Shown: in pieces, positions 22,821 through 37,800 of the stretch | Layout of the letters: each line of letters opens with the position of its first letter | Position numbering within the stretch: position 1 is the stretch's first letter | Notes under the pieces: generated by a model | The model's input: the letters and a program-made list of their open reading frames with translations, nothing else | What the model was told of the DNA's origin: nothing | Databases searched by the model: none | Assembly: GCF_022045235.1 (NCBI RefSeq) | Contig: NW_027266274.1 | Coordinates: 11,842,001-11,906,000, forward strand | DNA length: 64,000 bases | Direction of reading: 5' to 3' | From: Haliotis cracherodii | Taxonomy: Eukaryota | Program-made: the position numbers and the translations under genes

Positions 22821-25800
22821 ACATTAAGCTCCTACATTAAGCTGACACGGCGTGATATAACTGGAATACTGCTAAAGCGGCACTAAACCCAACTCACTCA
22901 CTCACTCACTCGTGCAATCATCCGATGATCGTTTATCGATTACTAGTTTCACCCTGAATATCATTCTTGGTTTGTCAGCAATATTTTATCTGTCTAGAAC
23001 CTGCATCACTTCGGGCTTTTCTCTCCCAAATTAAGCTGACACTCCGTGATATAACTCAAATACTGTTCTTGGGGCGTGAAAGCACACTCGTACTCTCTCA
23101 GTTGCATTTTGTTATATTTATCTTTGTCATTGTGTCTAGTTTGTTCGCGTACTGGAATATGTGCACCATGTACAATCATATGGCTCGATTCGGGATGGCA
23201 GTCATTCCTGATGACATTTCATTACCTTTTAGCCTAAAATATCTGTCCATAATAAAGGGATGGAACTGTTTCTTAGATCATCGCAATTAGCACACCACAT
23301 TCATCCTTTCGATTCTGTGTGAGTTCCAAAACAAATCTTGTAAATCAACTAACATTATGCCTTCACAGAAAAATTCATCTGTCACAAAGACGCGCGTGTT
23401 TGATTGTCTGTTTAGGCAGATAATTGACACTGGTTACTCTCTGGCGCTGACTTTTTCTATTTACATTATAGCACAAAACGGGGGAACCGTCTCCAGTCAC
23501 CTGTATTATGGCATCACATAAATGATCCAGTCCGACCCAGGAAATCGACAGGTTGTCACCACGACCAACGATCAAAGCCGTGAGGATACCACGACACATA
23601 GGGGCAGATCATTCACTGTAACTATCAGATCATCATTAGTCGGATCTTAACACAATCATAGCCTACAGGGGACCTAATCAGCACTGGAATCCTCACGCGA
23701 AACAAGCTTAGAGAGCTCGGGACCAATTTAGCCCTGGAATCCCCAGGTGAGAGAGCGCGGGATACTGACTGAGTACCATTCAGCCCTGGAATCTTCACGT
23801 GGCATTGCGGCTATCCTTTGGAGAGGCATTGTAAATGACGCAACATTTTTAACTATCCTAATGCCATTCCAATTGATTACGTTTTTGAAATGCTTCAACA
23901 AAATATCACTTAGTCCTGCTGTTAGAGTGGTTTGTAAAATATGTTGACAATGTGTCTTGTCTCATTTTCATGCAAACCATCCCTATACTTAAGAGTTTGA
24001 CATGAGTGATAAATGTGCACGACTCCCATCACTTTGGGTTTCCATTCTGAAGTGCTGGATTAAGCGGCGTTATCCTATACACACTCAAGCGCCCAACACA
24101 ATACAATCCAATGAAATCCAAAAACAGACAATCGCCATATGAAAGGAAGTATTTCAAAATCTCAGAGTTGTTGTTTATCGTTTAACAATGTTCTTTCAGA
24201 GATAGGCCAGTGAATATTTTCTTCCATTATGTAATCGTTAAGTTGAATAGTGATCATACAAGGTGTTCGCGAGAAGGTGAGAGTATCCTGCTACACCTGA
24301 GGCACACCCGTCACAAATACACGCAAAGGTAAGTTTATTTTCACCTGAAAGAAAAAAACCACGAGAACATGTTGTACAATTAAAAGTAGGGAATTGCACT
24401 GGATATCATTTCTGTCACTGATGCGTCAAATTTGGAAATTCCCCCACGTGTCTGCCATAAAAAATGGAAGCTTTACTCAGGTCTTGAATGTTGTCAGCTT
24501 GATTAACCAACTTCTGAAAGAGTTGTATGACGCTTTAAGAAATGCAATCGGATTGTAATATTTATGACATTCACTGGGTGTGTTTTATGTTGTTTCCTTG
24601 CATGACAATACAGCAATCCAATCAAGAGCCATCTGAAGAAAATGTACATGTACACAATATCGTTTAACAAGGTTCTTTCAGAGATAGGCCAGTGAATATT
24701 TTTTTTCCATTATGTAATCGTTAAGTTGAATAGTGATCATACAAGGTGTTCGTGAGAAGGTGAGAGTATCCTGCTGCACCTGAGGCACCCGTCACAAATA
24801 CACGCAAAGGTAAGTTAATTTTCACATGAAAAAAACAACAACCAACGAGAACATATTGTACAATTAAAAGTAGGGCATTGCATCGGATATCATTTCTGTC
24901 ACTGGTGCATCAAATTTGGAAAGAGTTGAATGACCCTCTGAGAAATGCAATCGGGTGGTAATATTTATCACATTCACTGGGTGTATTTTATGTTGTTTCC
25001 TTGCATGACAATACAGCAATCCAATCAAGAGGCATCTGAAGAAAATATAGATGGGTTTCCCAATAATCGGTGAACCAATAAACAATCAACAGTTCAGGTG
25101 GTCATGGCGCTTTCCCTGGTTTATGTCCCCAAGGAGGTCAGTAGGTAACTGGAAACATGTACAATGGTGTTAACAAGTCTATTTCAGGAATGCCGCTCAA
25201 GTAAAATGTACGTGTGAAACGAATGCTATTCACATTTTAGTGCAAGTATTGTGACTGAAGCGTGATACTTGAGTGCACCATGTCAGGATCCAGACGAATG
25301 GATTGCTGTTTTATTTCCCTAGTTCATATTACCGCGCCTGCTGATGAAAGCTTCTATGGTTCTTAGTATTAGGTACAATTTATCACGTCCACTTCACGGC
25401 CCAAGTGCATTTTGATATAGACCAATGTCTTCTGCATCAGAGTTTAAATTACGAGTGTTATATCGTTGTCCTTTCTGGACATAATGCCAATCAGGGGATA
25501 TGTAGACGTCTTTATCCACTCCATGTATGAGATCATCCAAGTAACCAACTGGGCAAGGGGTTCAGCAGCAGCTAATATCACTAAATATACCAATAAAGAA
25601 GAACAGTCTTAACAAATACATCAGTTAAATGGGATTGATATTGCAACAGGTTCTCACACAAATGCAATCAATACAACATTGATTAAATGTGTGAGAGAGA
25701 GATCCACACATTGTCAATTGTTATAACAGATAATCAGAGAACGTGTACATTTGTGATGTGTCGAACAGGCTGTGTAAATTAATCAAATGATCGGAAACGT

Positions 25801-28800
25801 TGGTGATGCTTATACTCTGTGTGCTCTTTTCATGTGGAAACAAACTGACACCACTCAATCTTACAGCAGCAAATCCATATGCACAAAGTCAACATTATCA
25901 TGAACGTACAGTGATGAAAACGGTGTCTAGACCCAGCAGTTGCCCCTGCCGTTGGTGAAACCTTGGTGAGAAAAAACTGGAGTGAGTAATGATTGCTTAA
26001 AGCCGCATCTGTCATTTTTTGCAGCTAATCTTGCAGAGGGGAGACTCGTGGTTCAAATCCGGGAAAAACATGGGAACTTAAAGCGACTACACCCACTGCC
26101 AACGCGAGGCGGAGGATGTTTTTATCAGGACGTGCCTTCTGTTGACTGGGTTAAATGTGGCATAAAAATGACAAAGAGAGATCCACACATTGTCAATTGT
26201 TATCACAGATAATCGGAGAACGTGTACATGTGCGATGTTTCGAGCAGGCTGTGATTTAATCAAAAGATCGGAAACGTTAGTGATGCTTATACTCTGTGTA
26301 CTCTTGTCATGTGAAAACAAATTGACACCATTCAATCTTACAGCAGCGTATCTTGTACCACCGTCAAATTTGGAAATGTCCCCCACACGTCTGTTATAAA
26401 ACTTTTTGAAAGCATTACCGAGGCATTGAATATTGTAACCATGATCAAACAACTTCTGAGCAAGAGTCGTATGAAACTCGTTGAATTCTTCGTTGAAAGA
26501 ACAGGCTCGATTATACCGCAACAGTTATGCAATGTAGACACCAAATGCAGGAGCTGCCAAAGATTTTTTTCCATATACCATAGGTATACAATGGTTGACA
26601 TAACTGGTGGCTATCAAGCTGAATTGAAAACACAAATGCCATTTAACCTTTGTCTGAGAAACAAGTAGATACAATTACACTGTCTAATATGTATTGGGTT
26701 GTCTGACCAAATTCCATATATTGTCTTTAGAACATCCATGTAAGTGCTATGACGCCACGAGACCTTATGAAGCAACACAACCCACAGCGCTGTTAAACAG
26801 CATTACAATTATCTTGTCAGTGTGGGCAGCTGGGTAGTAGTTAAGTGCTCGCCCATCACTTCTGGAACTCGGGTTCGATTCCCTGCATAGTTAAAGTCAC
26901 GTTTTCCCCCTGTCATTTTAATGTGAAAATTTGCTTACGCCATTATCTAAACAGAGGTTGTTTTTCAAGATTTTACCACATCCTTGGGTACACGGTTGAC
27001 CCAGTCGTTTAGTTCAGAGTTGCATCCTTTAGTTGTGTCAGAATCCTATAACATTACATCGTAAACCAGATTGTTCCTAATTTTGATTGTTGTTGTGTAA
27101 TAATCAAACCATGCTTGTGGGTTATACCAAAGTGGTTATTGTCTAATGAGATAGGTTATACTGCAAGCTTACCTCCAGATCCAGTTGGTAGGCATTTATG
27201 TAACCTAAACAGTGTTACAGTAATTCTGCTGCACGGAAACACTCCCTCACCAAACCCTATGCATCTTTTCCATGATGTCCATTCCATGTCATAACTTTGC
27301 CGCAGTGTAAACTGCTTGAGTGTACCGCTAGAGACACACATCGATTTATGCACTAGAGTCGCCCACCTATTACACCAGAAATACGAATACCAGCAGAGAC
27401 CAAACAAGAAACCTCGCAATGTCGTTATCAAGTGATCATGCACAGCGAGAGTTAGCAGCTCGTCAGGAACATGTGATTTTCTTAGTGTTCCTACTTGGTG
27501 TATGTACTTTTCTGTCAAGAATGTGTTCTTATATGAGAACTGATTTAGTCTACTTATTACCAAAATTAGCTGCAAATGTCTGTCTGAAATGTTCTCTCTT
27601 ATGAGAACATATAGTACTCACAAAAGAAAATATTCCAAAATCATCATTACTCATAACGGGAAAAGAAAGTATCCTATGATTATCAATCCCGTTATGTTTA
27701 TTGAGACAACTTACCAATACAAAATAACAGATCACTTGCTTGTCACGTCATAATCACCTCACCGTGAGACCTTCGGCGGATACTGTGTAGATCCATACAA
27801 GTATGTCATCAGCTGATGTAACTTGTCAACTCGTAGTGAGGAATTCGTTACTTGTGTCAGTAGCGTGGTGTCTTCGATTCAGTTAGCTGGAGGTGTTTAG
27901 TAAGAAGAAGCTGCGAGGGTCCAGTCCAAGGTCTTGAGTGACCCCAATTTTCCATCGGTCGAAGCCTTCAAATGTGAAGAATATTTGCAAATGTGGACAT
28001 CGTTGGATTGCAATTGATCCCTGGTGTTGTTTCAATATATCATATGATTTAATTTACTTTTGGGGAAGTTCAAGTTAGAATGGTTGAAACATTACGATTA
28101 TTTGTCCATAGGGTTCTGTGCCAGGGTGTGCTGATCACTATTTAGAATCACAATTAGACACAACATATATTGCATGGAGCATAAACATTGACTAATGTAT
28201 GGTGAGGCTAAAATGGTACCAGCAGTCACCTGTGTTAATCGATAGATTCAGTGACTTGCTTGGTTGCGCGTCAAGGATCCACGACAGCTTTTTGACAACA
28301 TCGATGACAGATTTGTCTACGCTCGTCCACGTGTTGTATGTATATTTTTTGCTTTGTCCCATTGTCGATATTATGTTGCTTTTGAAACACTTTGAGGTTG
28401 TTGTGATGGCAAAGATGTCATGGCAAAGAGGTCATGATATATCACAAGATCACCATACCCATATCATCTCTATAATGAAAGCGTAAAAAATATGTCCACT
28501 AAATCTCTGTCCATTGTACGATTCCGACTACACCATGAACATCAAATAGTGATGATATCAGGTGTACCGCTAAAAGGTGAGCTTATCCAGCCATATCCAG
28601 TGGCATCCATGACAAAGGCATGTAAAGGCAAGCCAATTGTTAACCTGAAAAAACACGTTGATAAGACATGTGAAAATGGTATTTGAGATTAGCGTCTCAT
28701 AGAACAGTATTAAGCGTAGTCTGCCTCACAGTCCCTAAACCATATTGTTTCCCTTCTGCTCAGCCCTTTCTGTAATGGAAATGCCTTAAATGAAGCAAGT

Positions 28801-31800
28801 CTTTTTGTTTTGGTTCAGTCTCTGTTATCTGCAAGAAAACTAACCCATGATCACTTCAGGGTTCGGAGTTCAGGGTAAACATATCAAACTGCCACGACAG
28901 GCTGGACCAACATCTTCACCAATGGTCAGGAATCGTCTCTGTACCTGTCAATGCTTAATTAGCAGGAACAGAGTGAAACAAGAAGCTGGTGAGGCTCGGA
29001 CCAGGTCCTGCAGTATGTGTGTGAAATATGTAAGAGACTCTTTGAACGCAGTCTAAAACGTTCGATAGGCAAGTCTAGCTATACCTATCTAGAAGTTACT
29101 CCATGGAGAAAGGCTTCTTATTAAATATATTTAGTTAATATTAGTATATCTATCTTCAATGACTAAGCGTTAGTCCAAAATGAGCGTTGAGCAGTGATCA
29201 CATCTTATAACTTTCAAAGCTCTTTGACGCTTCCTTTTACATTTTTGAGAACACTGCGACATACATTGACCTGACGTTCAAAGTCGACAACGTGTGGTCT
29301 CAAATTTACTTTAGAATTCCACTCGATAACTTAAGAATAAGCTACTCGAAACTTGTAATAAAGTTTTAATGGTCCCTAGTGGGGAAACGCAGTTCTCCGC
29401 CTTACACTAAGTCTATTTATTCAGAACTCATCCATCGTTGTTAGTTCTTTCTCAAATTGATTGCCAAGTATGACGTCCTTTGTCAAACAGTGCTGTCCGG
29501 TACAATCTACGTACACCCTGGGAATGTTTTATATTCCAAGTGATGGATGTGCACAAGTATGTCTACACCATGGGTGTCTGGGGCAGAATGACCCTGCTTT
29601 TACAACACACCTGCTTCCCGTGAGTTTGTTAAGTGCTTAGATAGCCGAGCATTAGGTCAACCCAAACAAACGGGAATGAAAGTACGGTTTCAAATCGTCG
29701 TCTTTTGTGCAGATGATTGATAAGAAATCTGTGAAAGTTTTATGGTAGACCTTTCCGTTTATAACTATTGACTTCAATATATGTTTCTTCGTGTAAGGTG
29801 GCTAAAAAGTAAAAACGTTTTGGGGAAAAAATACTGCCACACCCGTGAAGATCTGGGGTAGAATAGGTCTTCAGCAACCCATGCTTGCTGTAAAAGGCGA
29901 CTAACGGGATCGGGTGGTCAGACTCGGTGACTTGGTTGGTGCATGTCATCGATCCCAATTGCGTGGATGAATGCTCATGATGTCAATCACTGGATTTTCT
30001 GGTCCAGGCTCTACTATTTACAGACCGCCGTCATATAGTTGAAATATTGCTGAGTGCGGCGTTAAACAACAAACAACATTATGTTGATACTCAAATGACT
30101 GAAAACGAAACAGTTTTGCCTGAAAGGGGGATTATATCTGTCATTTAGAATGTCTATGGGAAAGAATAGCGCCCTGCTGACTTTTTGAGAATATACAACA
30201 TGTGGTTTGAATGTTCCTTCTCCCTTGGATTATATATTAAGTATGTAGTATGATTCTGGTCTATATCTAATATTCGTCAGTTGTTCAGTTGTCTAAGGCG
30301 CCGCGATTCGCTGTGCAGAGTTGCGCCCATTGGGCACGCCAGAAACCTATAATTATGGGTTCGAGTCCCGGTTGGCCCCGATTATGTTCGAGGTTTGGTT
30401 GCACCATACGCGTGCTCGTGGGTTTCACCGAAGTGGTAAACGTCTGAGACCTGTATCACCTCGGTATTTCCTCCCACATTAAGCTGATACGCCTTGCACT
30501 CACTCTTGTTGACAGGCCAAGGGAAATAACTGATGCCTGGAGCAAGCTATTTCAATCTGGGAATCTAAAAGCACACCCTCAGATCAAGAATCTGCGCCTT
30601 GCAGCTGTCATGGCGTCAAACGTGTCTGTGAGAACGGTGGCATCTCAACAGACGTTATCGAAGTTCTGTGGAACTCGTGGAAACCAAGTACCAGAAAGCT
30701 TAATTCATATTGGGAAAGATGGTACATTAAGCTCCTACATTAAGCTGACACGGCGTGATATAACTGGAATACTGCTAAAGCGGCACTAAACCCAACTCAC
30801 TCACTCACTCACTCGTGCAATCATCCGATGATCGTTTATCGATTACTAGTTTCACCCTGAATATCATTCTTGGTTTGTCAGCAATATTTTATCTGTCTAG
30901 AACCTGCATCACTTCGGGCTTTTCTCTCCCAAATTAAGCTGACACTCCGTGATATAACTCAAATACTGTTCTTGGGGCGTGAAAGCACACTCGTACTCTC
31001 TCAGTTGCATTTTGTTATATTTATCTTTGTCATTGTGTCTAGTTTGTTCGCGTACTGGAATATGTGCACCATGTACAATCATATGGCTCGATTCGGGATG
31101 GCAGTCATTCCTGATGACATTTCATTACCTTTTAGCCTAAAATATCTGTCCATAATAAAGGGATGGAACTGTTTCTTAGATCATCGCAATTAGCACACCA
31201 CATTCATCCTTTCGATTCTGTGTGAGTTCCAAAACAAATCTTGTAAATCAACTAACATTATGCCTTCACAGAAAAATTCATCTGTCACAAAGACGCGCGT
31301 GTTTGATTGTCTGTTTAGGCAGATAATTGACACTGGTTACTCTCTGGCGCTGACTTTTTCTATTTACATTATAGCACAAAACGGGGGAACCGTCTCCAGT
31401 CACCTGTATTATGGCATCACATAAATGATCCAGTCCGACCCAGGAAATCGACAGGTTGTCACCACGACCAACGATCAAAGCCGTGAGGATACCACGACAC
31501 ATAGGGGCAGATCATTCACTGTAACTATCAGATCATCATTAGTCGGATCTTAACACAATCATAGCCTACAGGGGACCTAATCAGCACTGGAATCCTCACG
31601 CGAAACAAGCTTAGAGAGCTCGGGACCAATTTAGCCCTGGAATCCCCAGGTGAGAGAGCGCGGGATACTGAGTACCATTCAGCCCTGGAATCTTCACGTG
31701 GCATTGCGGCTATCCTTTGGAGAGGCATTGTAAATGACGCAACATTTTTAACTATCCTAATGCCATTCCAATTGATTACGTTTTTGAAATGCTTCAACAA

Positions 31801-34800
31801 AATATCACTTAGTCCTGCTGTTAGAGTGGTTTGTAAAATATGTTGACAATGTGTCTTGTCTCATTTTCATGCAAACCATCCCTATACTTAAGAGTTTGAC
31901 ATGAGTGATAAATGTGCACGACTCCCATCACTTTGGGTTTCCATTCTGAAGTGCTGGATTAAGCGGCGTTATCCTATACACACTCAAGCGCCCAACACAA
32001 TACAATCCAATGAAATCCAAAAACAGACAATCGCCATATGAAAGGAAGTATTTCAAAATCTCAGAGTTGTTGTTTATCGTTTAACAATGTTCTTTCAGAG
32101 ATAGGCCAGTGAATATTTTCTTCCATTATGTAATCGTTAAGTTGAATAGTGATCATACAAGGTGTTCGCGAGAAGGTGAGAGTATCCTGCTACACCTGAG
32201 GCACACCCGTCACAAATACACGCAAAGGTAAGTTTATTTTCACCTGAAAGAAAAAAACCACGAGAACATGTTGTACAATTAAAAGTAGGGAATTGCACTG
32301 GATATCATTTCTGTCACTGATGCGTCAAATTTGGAAATTCCCCCACGTGTCTGCCATAAAAAATGGAAGCTTTACTCAGGTCTTGAATGTTGTCAGCTTG
32401 ATTAACCAACTTCTGAAAGAGTTGTATGACGCTTTAAGAAATGCAATCGGATTGTAATATTTATGACATTCACTGGGTGTGTTTTATGTTGTTTCCTTGC
32501 ATGACAATACAGCAATCCAATCAAGAGCCATCTGAAGAAAATGTACATGTACACAATATCGTTTAACAAGGTTCTTTCAGAGATAGGCCAGTGAATATTT
32601 TTTTCCATTATGTAATCGTTAAGTTGAATAGTGATCATACAAGGTGTTCGTGAGAAGGTGAGAGTATCCTGCTGCACCTGAGGCACCCGTCACAAATACA
32701 CGCAAAGGTAAGTTAATTTTCACATGAAAAAAACAACAACCAACGAGAACATATTGTACAATTAAAAGTAGGGCATTGCATCGGATATCATTTCTGTCAC
32801 TGGTGCATCAAATTTGGAAAGAGTTGAATGACCCTCTGAGAAATGCAATCGGGTGGTAATATTTATCACATTCACTGGGTGTATTTTATGTTGTTTCCTT
32901 GCATGACAATACAGCAATCCAATCAAGAGGCATCTGAAGAAAATATAGATGGGTTTCCCAATAATCGGTGAACCAATAAACAATCAACAGTTCAGGTGGT
33001 CATGGCGCTTTCCCTGGTTTATGTCCCCAAGGAGGTCAGTAGGTAACTGGAAACATGTACAATGGTGTTAACAAGTCTATTTCAGGAATGCCGCTCAAGT
33101 AAAATGTACGTGTGAAACGAATGCTATTCACATTTTAGTGCAAGTATTGTGACTGAAGCGTGATACTTGAGTGCACCATGTCAGGATCCAGACGAATGGA
33201 TTGCTGTTTTATTTCCCTAGTTCATATTACCGCGCCTGCTGATGAAAGCTTCTATGGTTCTTAGTATTAGGTACAATTTATCACGTCCACTTCACGGCCC
33301 AAGTGCATTTTGATATAGACCAATGTCTTCTGCATCAGAGTTTAAATTACGAGTGTTATATCGTTGTCCTTTCTGGATCAGGGGATATGTAGACGTCTTT
33401 ATTCACTCCATGTATGAGATCATCCAAGTAACCAACTGGGCAAGGGGTCCAGCAGCAGCTAATATCACTAAATATACCAATAAAGAAGAATACTCTTTAC
33501 AAATACATCAGTTAAATGGGATTGATATTGCAACAGGTTCTCACACAAATGCAATCAATACAACATTGATTAAATGTGTGAGAGAGAGATCCACACATTT
33601 TCAATTGTTATAACAGATAATCAGAGAACGTGTACATTTGTGATGTGTCGAACAGGCTGTGTAAATTAATCAAATGATCGGAAACGTTGGTGATGCTTAA
33701 ACTCTGTGTACTCTTGTCATGTGGAAACAAACTGACACCACTCAATCTTACAGCAGCAAATCCATATGCACAAAGTCAACATTATCATGAACGTACAGTG
33801 ATGAAAACGGTGTCTAGACCCAGCAGTTGCCCCTGCCGTTGGTGAAACCTTGGTGAGAAAAAACTGGAGTGAGTAATGATTGCTTAAAGCCGCATCTGTC
33901 ATTTTTTGCAGCTAATCTTGCAGAGGGGAGACTCGTGGTTCAAATCCGGGAAAAACGTGGGAACTTAAAGCGACTACACCCACTGCCAACGCGAGGCGGA
34001 GGATGTTTTTATCAGGACGTGCCTTCTGTTGACTGGGTTAAATGTGGCATAAAAATGACAAAGAGAGATCCACACATTGTCAATTGTTATCACAGATAAT
34101 CGGAGAACGTGTACATGTGCGATGTTTCGAGCAGGCTGTGATTTAATCAAAAGATCGGAAACGTTAGTGATGCTTATACTCTGTGTACTCTTGTCATGTG
34201 AAAACAAATTGACACCATTCAATCTTACAGCAGCGTATCTTGTACCACCGTCAAATTTGGAAATGTCCCCCACACGTCTGTTATAAAACTTTTTGAAAGC
34301 ATTACCGAGGCATTGAATATTGTAACCATGATCAAACAACTTCTGAGCAAGAGTCGTATGAAACTCGTTGAATTCTTCGTTGAAAGAACAGGCTCGATTA
34401 TACCGCAACAGTTATGCAATGTAGACACCAAATGCAGGAGCTGCCAAAGATTGTTTTCCATATACCATAGGTATACAATGGTTGACATAACTGGTGGCTA
34501 TCAAGCTGAATTGAAAACACAAATGCCATTTAACCTTTGTCTGAGAAACAAGTAGATACAATTACACTGTCTAATATGTATTGGGTTGTCTGACCAAATT
34601 CCATATATTGTCTTTAGAACATCCATGTAAGTGCTATGACGCCACGAGACCTTATGAAGCAACACAACCCACAGCGCTGTTAAACAGCATTACAATTATC
34701 TTGTCAGTGTGGGCAGCTGGGTAGTAGTTAAGTGCTCGCCCATCACTTCTGGAACTCGGGTTCGATTCCCTGCATAGTTAAAGTCACGTTTTCCCCCTGT

Positions 34801-37800
34801 CATTTTAATGTGAAAATTTGCTTACGCCATTATCTAAACAGAGGTTGTTTTTCAAGATTTTACCACATCCTTGGGTACACGGTTGACCCAGTCGTTTAGT
34901 TCAGAGTTGCATCCTTTAGTTGTGTCAGAATCCTATAACATTACATCGTAAACCAGATTGTTCCTAATTTTAATTGTTGTTGTGTAATAATCAAACCATG
35001 CTTGTGGGTTATACCAAAGTGGTTATTGTCTAATGAGATAGGTTATACTGCAAGCGTACCTCCAGATCCAGTTGGTAGGCATTTATGTAACCTAAACAGT
35101 GTTACAGTAATTCTGCTGCACGGAAACACTCCCTCACCAAACCCTATGCATCTTTTCCATGATGTCCATTCCATGTCATAACTTTGCCGCAGTGTAAACT
35201 GCTTGAGTGTACCGCTAGAGACACACATCGATTTATGCACTGGAGTCGCCCACCTATTACACCAGAAATACGAATACCAGCAGAGACCAAACAAGAAACC
35301 TCGCAATGTCGTTATCAAGTGATCATGCACAGCGAGAGTTAGCAGCTCGTCAGGAACATGTGATTTTCTTAGTGTTCCTACTTGGTGTATGTACTTTTCT
35401 GTCAAGAATGTGTTCTTATATGAGAACTGATTTAGTCTACTTATTACCAAAATTAGCTGCAAATGTCTGTCTGAAATGTTCTCTCTTATGAGAACATATA
35501 GTACTCACAAAAGAAAATATTCCAAAATCATCATTACTCATAACGGGAAAAGAAAGTATCCTATGATTATCAATCCCGTTATGTTTATTGAGACAACTTA
35601 CCAATACAAAATAACAGATCACTTGCTTGTCACGTCATCACCTCACCGTGAGACCTTCGGCGGATACTGTGTAGATCCATACAAGTATGTCATCAGCTGA
35701 TGTAACTTGTCAACTCGTAGTGAGGAATTCGTTACTTGTGTCAGTAGCGTGGTGTCTTCGATTCAGTTAGCTGGAGGTGTTTAGTAAGAAGAAGCTGCGA
35801 GGGTCCAGTCCAAGGTCTTGAGTGACCCCAATTTTCCATCGGTCGAAGCCTTCAAATGTGAAGAATATTTGCAAATGTGGACATCGTTGGATTGCAATTG
35901 ATCCCTGGTGTTGTTTCAATATATCATATGATTTAATTTACTTTTGGGGAAGTTCAAGTTAGAATGGTTGAAACATTACGATTATTTGTCCATAGGGTTC
36001 TGTGCCAGGGTGTGCTGATCACTATTTAGAATCACAATTAGACACAACATATATTGCATGGAGCATAAACATTGACTAATGTATGGTGAGGCTAAAATGG
36101 TACCAGCAGTCACCTGTGTTAATCGATAGATTCAGTGACTTGCTTGGTTGCGCGTCAAGGATCCACGACAGCTTTTTGACAACATCGATGACAGATTTGT
36201 CTACGCTCGTCCACGTGTTGTATGTATATTTTTTGCTTTGTCCCATTGTCGATATTATGTTGCTTTTGAAACACTTTGAGGTTGTTGTGATGGCAAAGAT
36301 GTCATGGCAAAGAGGTCATGATATATCACAAGATCACCATACCCATATCATCTCTATAATGAAAGCGTAAAAAATATGTCCACTAAATCTCTGTCCATTG
36401 TACGATTCCGACTACACCATGAACATCAAATAGTGATGATATCAGGTGTACCGCTAAAAGGTGAGCTTATCCAGCCATATCCAGTGGCATCCATGACAAA
36501 GGCATGTAAAGGCAAGCCAATTGTTAACCTGAAAAAACACGTTGATAAGACATGTGAAAATGGTATTTGAGATTAGCGTCTCATAGAACAGTATTAAGCG
36601 TAGTCTGCCTCACAGTCCCTAAACCATATTGTTTCCCTTCTGCTCAGCCCTTTCTGTAATGGAAATGCCTTAAATGAAGCAAGTCTTTTTGTTTTGGTTC
36701 AGTCTCTGTTATCTGCAAGAAAACTAACCCATGATCACTTCAGGGTTCGGAGTTCAGGGTAAACATATCAAACTGCCACGACAGGCTGGACCAACATCTT
36801 CACCAATGGTCAGGAATCGTCTCTGTACCTGTCAATGCTTAATTAGCAGGAACAGAGTGAAACAAGAAGCTGGTGAGGCTCGGACCAGGTCCTGCAGTAT
36901 GTGTGTGAAATATGTAAGAGACTCTTTGAACGCAGTCTAAAACGTTCGATAGGCAAGTCTAGCTATACCTATCTTGAAGTTACTCCATGGAGAAAGGCTT
37001 CTTATTAAATATATTTAGTTAATATTAGTATATCTATCTTCAATGACTAAGCGTTAGTCCAAAATGAGCGTTGAGCAGTGATCACATCTTATAACTTTCA
37101 AAGCTCTTTGACGCTTCCTTTTACATTTTTGAGAACACTGCGACATACATTGACCTGACGTTCAAAGTCGACAACGTGTGGTCTCAAATTTACTTTAGAA
37201 TTCCACTCGATAACTTAAGAATAAGCTACTCGAAACTTGTAATAAAGTTTTAATGGTCCCTAGTGGGGAAACGCAGTTCTCCGCCTTACACTAAGTCTAT
37301 TTATTCAGAACCCATCCATCGTTGTTAGTTCTTTCTCAAATTGATTGCCAAGTATGACGTCCTTTGTCAAACAGTGCTGTCCGGTACAATCTACGTACAC
37401 CCTGGGAATGTTTTATATTCCAAGTGATGGATGTGCACAAGTATGTCTACACCATGGGTGTCTGGGGCAGAATGACCCTGCTTTTACAACACACCTGCTT
37501 CCCGTGAGTTTGTTAAGTGCTTAGATAGCCGAGCATTAGGTCAACCCAAACAAACGGGAATGAAAGTACGAGAGGGGTTTAAATCTTCTTCAAAAAGCTA
37601 ATAAATAAATTGTAATTGATTACATGGCATTTGGTGTCTAATTATACAATTTTTGGGGCAGGTGGGCGAGCTTGTATTATTATCAGTGTGTTGAACTGTC
37701 GCTGGTTTCAAATCGTCGTCTTTTGTGCAGATGATTGATAAGAAATCTGTGAAAGTTTTATGGTAGACCTTTCCGTTTATAACTATTGACTTCAATATAT

